Source: Patescibacteria group bacterium
GTDB taxonomy: Bacteria > Patescibacteriota > CPR2 > UBA1875
Reading direction: 5' to 3'
Length of the DNA stretch: 64,000 bases
NCBI GenBank assembly: GCA_041737595.1
Contig: JBGSRK010000005.1
Span: forward strand, 55,185-119,184
Of this stretch, positions 10,601 through 19,894 are shown piece by piece. Numbering within the stretch: the first letter of the stretch is position 1; every line of letters starts with the position of its first letter. A program made the position numbers and the translations under genes. The notes under the pieces were generated by a model that saw nothing but the letters and a program-made list of their open reading frames with translations, ran no database searches and was not told the origin of the DNA.

Positions 10601-11503
10601 ATCAAGTTGAACCATTGGACGAAGTCCCGGTGGTATTACTGGAAGATTTTTAATTATTGTCCATTCTGGTTTAATATCAGCAGAAACTAAACCTTGGACT
10701 AATTTTAATCTCTTAAGCGCTTTTTTTCTTTTTTGACCTTGTGTTGAATCACATTCGGCTCTTAAACTTTTTTCAAGTTTAGGAAGATCAATTTCTGTAA
10801 GAAGTTTTTCAACTGCTTCTGCCCCAATATTTGCTTTGAATATGTCTCCATATTTCATAGAAAGTTCACGATATTTAAGTTCTGATAAAATGGCATATTT
10901 TTCTATTGAATTAATATCTTCTTTTGCTTGGATTTTTATTTCTTCGAGTTCTATTAGTTTTTCTGAAAGATCTTTATCCCCTTCAGTTTCTTTTGTTAAA
11001 AGTGATTTTCTTTCTTTATATTCTTTATCAATTGATTCAAGAGCTCTCTTTTTTGCATCTTCATCAGTATTTGTAACAATATAAGAGATAAAATATACCA
11101 CTTTTTCTAATTCACGGACTGAAAGACCTAATATAAGCCCTATTGTTGATGGGACCCCTCTAAGATACCAAATATGAGTTACTGGGACAGCAAGTTTGAT
11201 ATGGCCCATTCTTTCACGTCTTACTATAGATCTAGTTATTTCAACACCACATTTATCGCAGATAACACCCTTGTGACGGATCTTTTTGTATTTACCACAA
11301 TAACATTCCCAATCTCTTTCAGGTCCAAAGATTCGCTCACAAAACAGACCGTCTTTTTCGGGTTTTAGGGTTCTATAATTAATGGTTTCTGGTTTTAATA
11401 TTTCACCATGTGACCATTTTAGAATTTCTTCATCTGATGCAATTCCAATTCGAATCGCATTAAATTCTGTAGAGGCTTCTTGTTGATCTTTTTCTCTTGC
11501 CAT
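7667..11503 (-). CDS. rpoC: RNA polymerase beta' subunit
   Basis: NADFDGD catalytic motif, N-terminal Zn finger. Confidence 0.99.
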   Translation of the reverse strand: MAREKDQQEASTEFNAIRIGIASDEEILKWSHGEILKPETINYRTLKPEKDGLFCERIFGPERDWECYCGKYKKIRHKGVICDKCGVEITRSIVRRERMGHIKLAVPVTHIWYLRGVPSTIGLILGLSVRELEKVVYFISYIVTNTDEDAKKRALESIDKEYKERKSLLTKETEGDKDLSEKLIELEEIKIQAKEDINSIEKYAILSELKYRELSMKYGDIFKANIGAEAVEKLLTEIDLPKLEKSLRAECDSTQGQKRKKALKRLKLVQGLVSADIKPEWTIIKNLPVIPPGLRPMVQLDGGRFATADLNDLYRRVINRNNRLKKLVAMDAPEVIMRNEKRMLQESVDALLDNNARRDKAMATTGAKRKLKSIADMLKGKQGRFRQNLLGKRVDYSGRSVIVAGPELKMNQCGLPKMMALELFKPFIISVLVGEGTAHNIKTASRMIERGRSEVWDALDKVIEHKYVLLNRAPTLHRLGIQAFLPILIEGKAIQLHPLACEAFNADFDGDQMAVHVPLSRMAQAEAEQIMLSKHNLLKPAAGEPVAKPRHEMILGVYWMTLEKDGVKGEGKSFASADEAINFYDLGYVHPQAKIKVKIDQKVLDTTVGRIFFNKIIPKGMKYINEPFDNKKQVALVSRIFEQYGEEETTIFLDNIKDLGFRFATESGLSISMDDVRVPKEKQGILDEAEKKVLEIRSQFEQGFITEDEKYTLSVQVWENAKEQIQIKMADALDSESFLTLAKDSGARGNISQITQLAGMKGNVNNPAGRVIELPIKSNYIEGLSSLEFFISTHGTRKGFSDTALRTSDSGYLTRRLVDVAQDVTVAEEDCKDTDGLIISKSESEKIGEEFISRLLSRYTAEKIVNMKTGEIIVKKGTLITEDVYKEIEKNGIEEVKIRSVLSCKTKWGVCQKCYGADLAKNDIVRMGTAVGIIAAQSIGEPGTQLTMRTTHTGGVAGVDITQGLPRVEELFEARSPKGEAKLAEIDGRVQLETKGKKKIIKVVSTIVDEEEIDIKGYKPAVKNNSVVEIKDIIATSEKKKPIRAKATGIIKFRGDKMTLVKEADIREYEVPSQIRVLVTDGEEIKRGVQLTEGSWNLQKALELIGEAAIQRYITLETQKIYAIQGQTINDKHIEVIIRQMFSRARIDEPGDTKFITGEIVSRQSLMGENERVIKSKKKPAQYENLLLSISKVSLSTDSWLSAASFQETNRVLINASTEGKIDHLNGLKENVIIGKLIPVGTGYDFDLVTPAPLLEINKPNIDTTVEVSEKEILEEIE

Positions 11504-11504
11504 A

Positions 11505-14500
11505 TTATTTGTCCTCCTCTTTTAACACATCAAAATCGCTAATTGATTCTTCTTTTTCTACATCCACCTTTGGAGAAACTTTATCAGCTTTATCTCCTTC
11601 TAATAACACAGTATCACCTAACTCTTTTATATTTTTTTCATAATCTTTTTCAATTAATTCTTCTGCAGAAAATTCTTTTGCCTTTTTACCATCTTCTGAT
11701 AATAAATCAATTGAAAGTCCAAGTCCTTGAAGTTCTTTTACAAGAACATTAAATGATTCAGGGACTCTTGGTTCACGAATATCTTCACCTTTAATGATTG
11801 ACTCATAGGCTTTTGACCTTCCAAGAACATCATCTGATTTTATGGTTAGAATTTCTTGTAATGTATGTGCTGCACCATAAGCTTCAAGTGCCCACACTTC
11901 CATTTCTCCAAATCTTTGACCTCCCATTTGAGCTTTACCACCAAGCGGTTGTTGAGTAACCATTGCATAACTTCCGATTGATCGGGCATGAATCTTTTCT
12001 TCTACCATATGATGGAGTTTCATAATATATGTAACACCGACTGTAACTTTTTGATCAAATTTTTCACCAGTACGGCCATCATATAGAACTTCTTTTCCAT
12101 CTTCTGATTTACCAGCTAATTTTAATTCATTTTTTATTTGATCAACTTTAGCACTTAAAAATACTGGACATGCAACTTTATAACCAAGTGCGCTAGCAGC
12201 CCAACCAAGATGAACTTCAAGAATCTGCCCAATATTCATACGAGCAGAAACCCCAAGTGGGTTTAGAATAATGTCAACTGGTGTCCCATCTTCAAGATAT
12301 GGCATATCTTCTACTGGAGCTATTTTTGCAATAACACCTTTATTACCATGTCGACCGGCCATTTTATCACCAACTGTTATTTTAACTAAACGAGCTACTA
12401 ATACATCTATCTGTTTTATAACTCCCGCAGAAAGATCATCCCCTTTATCTCTTTCCCGAGTATTTACACCAACAACTTTACCGTAAATTCCGGGTGGGAT
12501 ACGAAGAGACGTATCTTTAACATCTCTAGCCTTTTCCCCAAATATTGCGCGAAGCAATCTTTCTTCTGCAGAAAGTTCAGTCTCACCTTTTGGAGTAATT
12601 TTACCAACCAAAATATCTCCGGTTGCAACTTCGGCTCCAATTCTGATTATTCCGTCTTCATCTAGATTTCTTAATGCTTCTTCACCAACATTTGGGATAT
12701 CTCTTGTAACCATTTCCGGCCCAAGTTTTGTATCTCTAATATCAATTGTAAAATTTTCGATATGTATAGAACTATATGCATCTGATTGAACAAGTTTATC
12801 TGAAATAATAATCGCATCTTCATAGTTGTAGCCACTCCAAACCATAAAGGCAACTGTTAGATTTTTACCGAGAGCAATTTCTCCCTTTTCTGTAGCCGGA
12901 CCATCAATTAATGTATCACCTTTTTTAACTTTTTGGCCGTTAGAAACAGCCGGTCTTTGGTTAAAACAGGTATCACTATTTGTTCTATCAAATTTACTAA
13001 TTTCATATGCTATTTCTTCACCGCCAGTATATTTAACTTTTACCAAAGAACCAGTTGAAGAAGTAACTGTACCATTACCAGAAGCAACGATTGTAAGCCC
13101 TGTATCAACTGCAACTTTGTTTTCTAAACCTGTACCAACAATTGGAGCACTTGGCATTAGAAGTGGAACTGCTTGTCGTTGCATATTTGCAGCCATAAGA
13201 GTTCTTTTACCATCATCATGTTCAAGGAAAGGAATGAGACCAGTTGAAACAGATACTGTTTGTACTGATGAAACATCCATATAATCAACTTCGTTATTAG
13301 ATACTTCTTGAGCTTCACCAAATTTACGAGCTGTAACAAGATCTTCAATAAAATATCCCTGATCATCAATTTTTACATTTGCTTGAGCAATAATTGCCTT
13401 TTCTTCAATGTCAGCAGTTAAATAGATTATCTCTTTAGTCACACAAGGCTTAACATTTATTTCTTTTAATTCAGTAATTTTTGCTAATTTTTTTGCAAGA
13501 GCTTCGCTAACTTTTTCGCCCTTTTTAGCAACAATGACATTTTTTGATTTAATGTTTTCGGCAATAACATATCCGACTGATGATTTCCCATCATTCGGTA
13601 AAATTCTTTTCACTATTCTATATGGAGTCTCTAAAAATCCATAATCGTTTACCTTGGCATATGATGCAAGATAGTTTACAAGACCAATATTTGGTCCTTC
13701 AGGAGTTTCATTTGGACAAATACGTCCATAATGAGTTCTATGAACATCACGTACTTCAAATCCTGCTCTTTCTTTTGAAAGACCTCCGGGCCCGAGTGCT
13801 GATAAACGTCTTTTATTAGCAAGTTCTGCAAGTGGGTTTGTTTGTTCCATAAACTGAGATAACTGAGATGAAGCAAAAAATTCCTTAATGACAGCAGATA
13901 TTGGCCTAACATTTATAAGTTGAGAAGGAGTAGTTGTTTGTGGTTCAGAAGTAGACATTTTATCTTTAATATTTCTCTCTGCTCTTAAAATACCAACTCT
14001 AAATCTTTGTTGTAGAAGTTCCCCAACACTTCTTATTCGACGATTTGCTAAATGGTCAATATCTGTTGTTTCACCTTGAACAACATTTAATCTAACAACT
14101 TCTTTAACAATTGCAACAAAATCTTCTTTTCTTAAAATTCTATTTTCTTTAATATTTTTAATATCAATATTTAGACTCTTATTCATTTTATAACGACCAA
14201 CCCTAGAAAGATCATATTTTTTAAAGTCAAAAAACATACCTTCTATTAATTGTCGTGCATTATCAACAGTTGCTAAATCACCAGGACGGATTTTTTTATA
14301 AACTTCAAGAAAAGCTTCTTCTTGAGTTTCTGTAGGATCTTTTGAAAGTGTTGATTCAATATAATCCATTTCTGGGTCAGTATTAACATCTGCAAACATC
14401 TTTTTAATTTTACTATTATCTGGGTAACCAAATGCTCGTAATAATGAGGTCACTGCAATTTTTCTTTTTCTGTCGATTTTTACAAAAATTGCACCGCTTG

Positions 14501-15023
14501 CAGATGTTTCCATTTCAAGCCATGCACCTCGGCCAGGAATTATCTTTGCGCCAAATAATTTCTTATCACCTGAATACTCAGCAGTGAAAAATACACCAGC
14601 GCTACGTACAAGCTGAGAAATAATAACACGTTCTACACCATTGATAATAAATGTCCCTCGTGGGGTCATAACTGGGAAATCTCCCATAAATATTTCTTGT
14701 TTTTTTGATTTACCCGTTTCAAGATTTTTAAGAGTAACTTCTACTTTAAGAGGTGCTTCAAAATTTATCTTTTTACCACGAGATATTTTTTCTGTATATT
14801 TTGGTTCATCTAAAAAATAATCGCTGAATTCAAGAGAAAACATTTTTCCTGAATAATCAACGATTGGGTTCACTTCTTCAAATATTTCAGCGATACCTTC
14901 TCTTAAAAACCAATTGTATGAATTGGTTTGAATTTCGATTAGGTTAGGTAGTTCTAAAACATTTTGGACGGGCTGAAAAAATTTTCTTTTACCGGCTGGG
15001 GGGGTTGGGTTTTGTTTCGACAT
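11505..15023 (-). CDS. rpoB: RNA polymerase beta subunit
   Basis: [21 protein letters not shown], Rif cluster. Confidence 0.99.
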   Translation of the reverse strand: MSKQNPTPPAGKRKFFQPVQNVLELPNLIEIQTNSYNWFLREGIAEIFEEVNPIVDYSGKMFSLEFSDYFLDEPKYTEKISRGKKINFEAPLKVEVTLKNLETGKSKKQEIFMGDFPVMTPRGTFIINGVERVIISQLVRSAGVFFTAEYSGDKKLFGAKIIPGRGAWLEMETSASGAIFVKIDRKRKIAVTSLLRAFGYPDNSKIKKMFADVNTDPEMDYIESTLSKDPTETQEEAFLEVYKKIRPGDLATVDNARQLIEGMFFDFKKYDLSRVGRYKMNKSLNIDIKNIKENRILRKEDFVAIVKEVVRLNVVQGETTDIDHLANRRIRSVGELLQQRFRVGILRAERNIKDKMSTSEPQTTTPSQLINVRPISAVIKEFFASSQLSQFMEQTNPLAELANKRRLSALGPGGLSKERAGFEVRDVHRTHYGRICPNETPEGPNIGLVNYLASYAKVNDYGFLETPYRIVKRILPNDGKSSVGYVIAENIKSKNVIVAKKGEKVSEALAKKLAKITELKEINVKPCVTKEIIYLTADIEEKAIIAQANVKIDDQGYFIEDLVTARKFGEAQEVSNNEVDYMDVSSVQTVSVSTGLIPFLEHDDGKRTLMAANMQRQAVPLLMPSAPIVGTGLENKVAVDTGLTIVASGNGTVTSSTGSLVKVKYTGGEEIAYEISKFDRTNSDTCFNQRPAVSNGQKVKKGDTLIDGPATEKGEIALGKNLTVAFMVWSGYNYEDAIIISDKLVQSDAYSSIHIENFTIDIRDTKLGPEMVTRDIPNVGEEALRNLDEDGIIRIGAEVATGDILVGKITPKGETELSAEERLLRAIFGEKARDVKDTSLRIPPGIYGKVVGVNTRERDKGDDLSAGVIKQIDVLVARLVKITVGDKMAGRHGNKGVIAKIAPVEDMPYLEDGTPVDIILNPLGVSARMNIGQILEVHLGWAASALGYKVACPVFLSAKVDQIKNELKLAGKSEDGKEVLYDGRTGEKFDQKVTVGVTYIMKLHHMVEEKIHARSIGSYAMVTQQPLGGKAQMGGQRFGEMEVWALEAYGAAHTLQEILTIKSDDVLGRSKAYESIIKGEDIREPRVPESFNVLVKELQGLGLSIDLLSEDGKKAKEFSAEELIEKDYEKNIKELGDTVLLEGDKADKVSPKVDVEKEESISDFDVLKEEDK

Positions 15024-15152
15024 AAAAATACGGCTCCCTTTCCATGTAGGAGTTAGTTAATATTCCCTTTTAATAAAAACGCCTCTTGTAGAACTAAACT
15101 GTTAGGCACTAGAAATTGTAACCGACTTTTTCCACAGTGTCAATATTTTTTT

Positions 15153-15188
15153 AAAAGCAAAGGGCCACACGTATTGTGTGGCCCTTGC
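15153..15188 (-). terminator. Terminator of islet 4
   Basis: AAGGGCCACAC-loop-GTGTGGCCCTT followed by T-rich tail on minus. Confidence 0.75.
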
Positions 15189-15198
15189 CATGAATTGG

Positions 15199-15750
15199 TT
15201 ATTTGGTGTCGATTTGTGTCCCAGTACTAATCGTCCCCCTTGGGACAATGAAATAGTACTCTGTCCCTCCGTAAACCTCTTGCCATTCGAAATTCAAACC
15301 GCAAGAGTTGAAAACAAATTCATGCCACCAACCATTCTTCGCATAACGACGGATAGCGAAAAGCCTTCTCTCAAGTCGTGGCAAGGTCACAGAGTCCTGT
15401 TCCTGAATATAGATCGGGTATTCTTTCTTGACCAACGTTTGTTGGACAATTCCTTTGTCTGTGTTGAAGGCATAGAAATACGTTGGTGTTGCACCGACAG
15501 TACCACAACCGAGAAAGATATCACCGCTTGCATTAGCACTATCGGAGAGTGCAACTAGGTGTGTAGTATAGACGACTGGCTTCGATTCTTCAATTGAAGC
15601 ATTGTTACCCGCCCAAATGAGGAAAAAGAAGAATATTGCCATCAATATTGAGAAACCACAACCTAAACAGCCATTCCACTCTTCCCAGAACATTAGAACG
15701 AAGAAACCAATAATGCCCACAACAATAACAGCGCTCAAGGACCAACCCAT
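15199..15750 (-). CDS. Two-TM orphan membrane protein (islet 4)
   Basis: GGAGGG SD favours start MGWSLSAV at 15750; two hydrophobic helices then a soluble domain. Confidence 0.7.
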   Translation of the reverse strand: MGWSLSAVIVVGIIGFFVLMFWEEWNGCLGCGFSILMAIFFFFLIWAGNNASIEESKPVVYTTHLVALSDSANASGDIFLGCGTVGATPTYFYAFNTDKGIVQQTLVKKEYPIYIQEQDSVTLPRLERRLFAIRRYAKNGWWHEFVFNSCGLNFEWQEVYGGTEYYFIVPRGTISTGTQIDTK

Positions 15751-15789
15751 GGCTACCCTCCAATCAAAGTGCACCTTTTGGTCAAGCTG

Positions 15790-15818
15790 ATTATATAACT
15801 AGAGTTGGTTTTAGTCAA
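15790..15818 (-). promoter_or_regulatory. Near-consensus promoter of islet 4
   Basis: TTGACT-17 nt-TATAAT. Confidence 0.8.
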
Positions 15819-15821
15819 TGA

Positions 15822-16421
15822 TTATCTGGATTTTATTATCTCATCTATTACACCATATTTTTTTGCCTCTAAGGCTGTCATGAAATAATCACGCTCAACG
15901 TCAGTCTCTATTTTTGTTTTTTTCTGGCCAGTGTGAGTGGCAAGTATTCCATTTAAACTATCTTTTATCCTTAGTATTTCTTTGGCTTGAATTGAAATAT
16001 CTGTCGCTTGTCCTTCTGTTCCGCCCCAAGGTTGGTGAATCATAACTCTTGAATTAGGGAGTGAATATCTTTTACCTTTTTCACCAGCCGCAAGTAAAAT
16101 TGATGCGGCAGAAGCTGCTTGGCCTACACAAATTGTTTGGACATCACATTTTATAAACTGCATTGTGTCATATATCGCAAGAGAAGATGTTACTGAACCA
16201 CCGGGAGAATTAATAAAAAGTTTAATATCTTTTTTATCATCTTCTGCTTCCAAAAAAAGAAGCTGTGCAATTACAATATTTGCGAAATGATCATCAATTT
16301 GTTGTCCTAAAAAAACAATTCTATCTTTCAAAAGACGAGAATAAATATCATAAGCTCGCTCTCCCATTGAAGTTTGTTCAATTACGGTAGGTACTAATAT
16401 TTGAGATTTTGTTTCAGACAT
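15822..16421 (-). CDS. clpP: ATP-dependent Clp protease proteolytic subunit
   Basis: [22 protein letters not shown]. Confidence 0.98.
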   Translation of the reverse strand: MSETKSQILVPTVIEQTSMGERAYDIYSRLLKDRIVFLGQQIDDHFANIVIAQLLFLEAEDDKKDIKLFINSPGGSVTSSLAIYDTMQFIKCDVQTICVGQAASAASILLAAGEKGKRYSLPNSRVMIHQPWGGTEGQATDISIQAKEILRIKDSLNGILATHTGQKKTKIETDVERDYFMTALEAKKYGVIDEIIKSR

Positions 16422-16433
16422 TATTACTCCAAT

Positions 16434-17724
16434 CTATTTTATTACGTTTTTATCCCATAAAGCTTGCATTGTTTTATGGATAACAAGAGTATTCCCTATT
16501 TCTCTTCGTCTGTCTGGAGTTTCATAGGCAGCTTTTACATCTTCAGCTGAAGCCCCTTCGCTTGATATTGAAACAATTCGATCAATTTCAGCATCAATTT
16601 CTTTCTCTTCTATATTAATATTTTCTCGCCTGGCTACTTCCCCAAGAACAATCCCAATTTTAACTCTTTTTTCAGCTTCTGGTTTCATCTCTTTCTCAAG
16701 ATCTGGTAAGGTTTTTTTACTCATTTCCAAAAACTGCTCCATTGTTAAACCTGACCCAGAAAGATTATGTTCAGCTTCATGAATCATTCTATGAACTTCT
16801 TCTTCAACTAACATATTAGGAACTTCAATTTTATTTTTTTCTGTAATTGTTTTTAAGATGTCTTCTTCTGTTAATCTTTTTTGTTCTAACTCTTTTTGGA
16901 ATTCAAGTTCTTTTCCCAGCTCTTCCTTAAGTTTAGCTACAGTGTCAAAACCAACTTTTTTTGCAAAATCATCGTCTGCTTTTGGTGTGACTATTTCATA
17001 AACATTATTTAATTTTACTTTAAAATTTGTTTTTTTCCCGGCAAGATTTTTAGCATGATAATCAGCTGGAAAAGTAATATCGATATCAAATTCATCCCCA
17101 GCCTTATGCCCAACTATTTTCTCTTCAAAACCAGGAATTAACATATTAGAACCTAAAATCACGGGATGATTTTTTGAAGTACCTCCATCAAATGGAAGAC
17201 CTGTCATTGTACCTTCAAAGTCAATTTCAACCTTATCTTCTAATTTTGCGGCTCTTTTTACAACAGTTTCTTCATTCTGTTTTTTTTTGCAAACCTTCGA
17301 GAGCAACAGCCTTATCTTTTTCTGTTATTTTTTCTTTTCTGGGTTTTATCTTTAAACCTTTATATTTAAAATCTTTAAGTTCTGGAAGAACTGCAACAGT
17401 GGCCTCAAAAAGTATTTTTTCTCCTGGGATGAATTGAACAACTTTAATTTGTGGGTTTCCTAATGGTGAAATTTTTTCAGCGACTAATGCTTCAAAATAT
17501 GATTCAGGGATTGCCTTATCAACAACTTCTGCCCAAAATTTATCTTTTCCAACTTCTTTTTCAACAACATGAAGTGGGGCCTTCCCTGGACGAAAACCAG
17601 GTACTTTTACAGAACCTCCAAGGTCTTCTAATACCATTTGAGTCACTTTTTCAAGCTTAGTTTTATCTACTTCAATCTCAAATTTTACTTCACTCCCCTT
17701 ATTATCTAGAACTTTATAACCCAA
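16434..17724 (-). CDS. tig: Trigger factor, split into two ORFs by one extra A in an A9 run at 17280-17288
   Basis: GFRPGKAP in ORF 17272-17724; FKBP and C-terminal domains in ORF 16434-17306; adjacent to clpP. Confidence 0.9.
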
Positions 17725-17725
17725 A

Positions 17726-18043
17726 TTACACCTCTTTTACTTTTTTTAATAATGAATCTTTATCTTGAACCCCTACAATTTGATCTACTTTTTCACCATT
17801 TTTGAAAATTATTAGAGTAGGGATGCTCATAACCCCATATTCTGCTGCGATCTTATTTGCTGTATCAACATTTAATTTACCAAATTTTGCTGTTTCCCCT
17901 GCTTCTTTTGCAGCTTCCTCAAAAATTGGCCCCATCATTTTACACGGACCACACCAATCAGCAAAAAAATCGACAATAACTACACCTTTTTCTTCTAATA
18001 CTTCTTTTTTGAAATTTCCGTCAGTAAGTTCAACTAAGCCCAT
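17726..18043 (-). CDS. trxA: Thioredoxin
   Basis: WCGPC. Confidence 0.96.
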   Translation of the reverse strand: MGLVELTDGNFKKEVLEEKGVVIVDFFADWCGPCKMMGPIFEEAAKEAGETAKFGKLNVDTANKIAAEYGVMSIPTLIIFKNGEKVDQIVGVQDKDSLLKKVKEV

Positions 18044-18138
18044 ATTTACTCCTTTTATTTATATTTAGCCAAAATATTTTAACAAAAAATTGATACTTTA
18101 TCTAGCACACATTTCACAAAGAGTTTATAAATTCTTTA

Positions 18139-18675
18139 TTATTTATGCGACTTTCCAGCTTTAAGATATTCAGTCTTAGTCATGATTTTTTTATTATCAG
18201 TAATCTTGTCAGTAAAAACTATACCATATAAATGATCATATTCATGTTGGATAACCTTAGATAGAAGATCTTTTGCCCAAATAGTAAATTTTTCGCCGTT
18301 TTCATCATAATACTGGATTTTTACTCTTTCGGGTCTTTTTACGGGACCAAAAACATCTGGAACACTTACACACCCCTCATACAAAACTGTTTCTTTTTTA
18401 GAATACCAAATAATTTTAGGGTTAATATATATTCTAAAAGGATCAGTGTCATACCCTTTTCTTGCTTTTGTTTCCTTAATTTCAGTAACAAATATCTGAG
18501 AAAATTCTCCAATTTGAGGTGCGGCCATCCCAATTACCATTCCATCAATAAAAGAATCTTTAAGGTTTTTGATTATTTTTTTAATTTTAGGAGATTTTAT
18601 ATCTTTTAAATCTACAGGCCTTGATTTTTGTCTAAGTTTTGGATCACCAAGTTGAATTATCTTTTTTATAATCAT
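18139..18675 (-). CDS. def: Peptide deformylase
   Basis: GMAAPQIG, EGCVS, QHEYDHL. Confidence 0.95.
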   Translation of the reverse strand: MIIKKIIQLGDPKLRQKSRPVDLKDIKSPKIKKIIKNLKDSFIDGMVIGMAAPQIGEFSQIFVTEIKETKARKGYDTDPFRIYINPKIIWYSKKETVLYEGCVSVPDVFGPVKRPERVKIQYYDENGEKFTIWAKDLLSKVIQHEYDHLYGIVFTDKITDNKKIMTKTEYLKAGKSHK

Positions 18676-18808
18676 ATTATTGATATTATACCTTATTTTT
18701 GCTAAAATAGCGTAGCCTTAATCGAAATTTACCTATTTTGATTATAAGGAGGAATTGTAAAAATCTGTATCTAACTTACCCGCAAAGGATAACAACAAAT
18801 CCCGACGC

Positions 18809-18893
18809 GCGGACGTGGTGGAATTGGTATACACGCCAGTCTTAGGAACTGGTGGGGAAACCCGTGGAGGTTCGAGTCCTCTCGTCCGCACCA
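18809..18893 (+). tRNA. tRNA-Leu (anticodon UAG)
   Basis: Acceptor GCGGACG/CGTCCGC-ACCA, anticodon arm CCAGT-CTTAGGA-ACTGG, long variable arm, GGTTCGAGTCC. Confidence 0.97.
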
Positions 18894-18923
18894 AAATAAA
18901 AAATCTCACAAATGTGGGATTTT

Positions 18924-19292
18924 TTATTTTTTATCATATTGGTGGTCTACCCCACCTAAATATCTATTTGTATGGTTATTTTTTACTTCTTTAATCGGAA
19001 ATCTTTTTTCGTTACTTTTTATTACCTTATCAATAGCTTCATCTATATTAATATCTGTACTGTTTGCTAGAAGTGCTAAAAACCAATAAATATCGCCAAT
19101 ATTATCTTCAAATTCGTCTTTATTTTCTTCTAAAACTGACTTTATTTTTTCGGAATCTTGTTCCCACTTTACAATATTTCTTATCTCTCCAATTTCTTCA
19201 ACTATACCTAAAAGTAAATCTTTTGGGTTATGAAACTGTCCCCAATTTCTATCTTCAGAATATTTTTTTATTCTCTTTTGGAATTCATTCAT
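18924..19292 (-). CDS. MazG-like nucleotide pyrophosphohydrolase
   Basis: RNWGQFHNPKDL..EEIGE..EDNIGD..KRFP. Confidence 0.88.
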   Translation of the reverse strand: MNEFQKRIKKYSEDRNWGQFHNPKDLLLGIVEEIGEIRNIVKWEQDSEKIKSVLEENKDEFEDNIGDIYWFLALLANSTDINIDEAIDKVIKSNEKRFPIKEVKNNHTNRYLGGVDHQYDKK

Positions 19293-19295
19293 AAT

Positions 19296-19850
19296 TTATT
19301 TTTTGAGAAATATTGCAACTTTTCTATCTTCAAACTCTCTTGTTTCAATAACTTCTCCACCCTTAACTTTTGGTAATTCAAAACCTATTAAATTAGGATA
19401 TATTAAAACTGTGATTCCAGATGGTTTTTGTTTACTAAATACTTCACTAACTACGCTAAAATCATCTTTAGCTTTAACTTCAAAAAAAATTACATCATAT
19501 TTTTCTTCAAGAAGTTCATTAATTAATGTGTTTGAAATAAATTCATTTATTGTTTGTGTATATGTAAGTGTTTTAGGGTCAACTCCAACAATTTTTAAAT
19601 TATTCTCGGTAGCTTTAATTTCATTTTTTTCAGGATTTACAAATCTACTGATAACTGCACCTCGAGACATAGATTCAATCCCATACATTCCATTTGAATC
19701 ATTCACATCAAGAACTTTTGCTTCTAAAATTCGAGTCCCAATAACTGTAAAAATTTCTTCTTTAATAGTTAGGGTACGACAAGAGCGATCTGTACAATTT
19801 ACGGGTTCTGATAGTACTTTACCTTCAAATATCCCTGTTCCTATATGCAT
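19296..19850 (-). CDS. Divergent RsmD-like methyltransferase-fold protein
   Basis: IGTGIFEGKVL, KEEIF, LD..G.YGIESMSRGA, YDVIF; DPPY motif absent. Confidence 0.6.
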   Translation of the reverse strand: MHIGTGIFEGKVLSEPVNCTDRSCRTLTIKEEIFTVIGTRILEAKVLDVNDSNGMYGIESMSRGAVISRFVNPEKNEIKATENNLKIVGVDPKTLTYTQTINEFISNTLINELLEEKYDVIFFEVKAKDDFSVVSEVFSKQKPSGITVLIYPNLIGFELPKVKGGEVIETREFEDRKVAIFLKK

Positions 19851-19894
19851 ACCAAAATTTTATCACAAACTAAAATGTATTTCTAATAATAATT

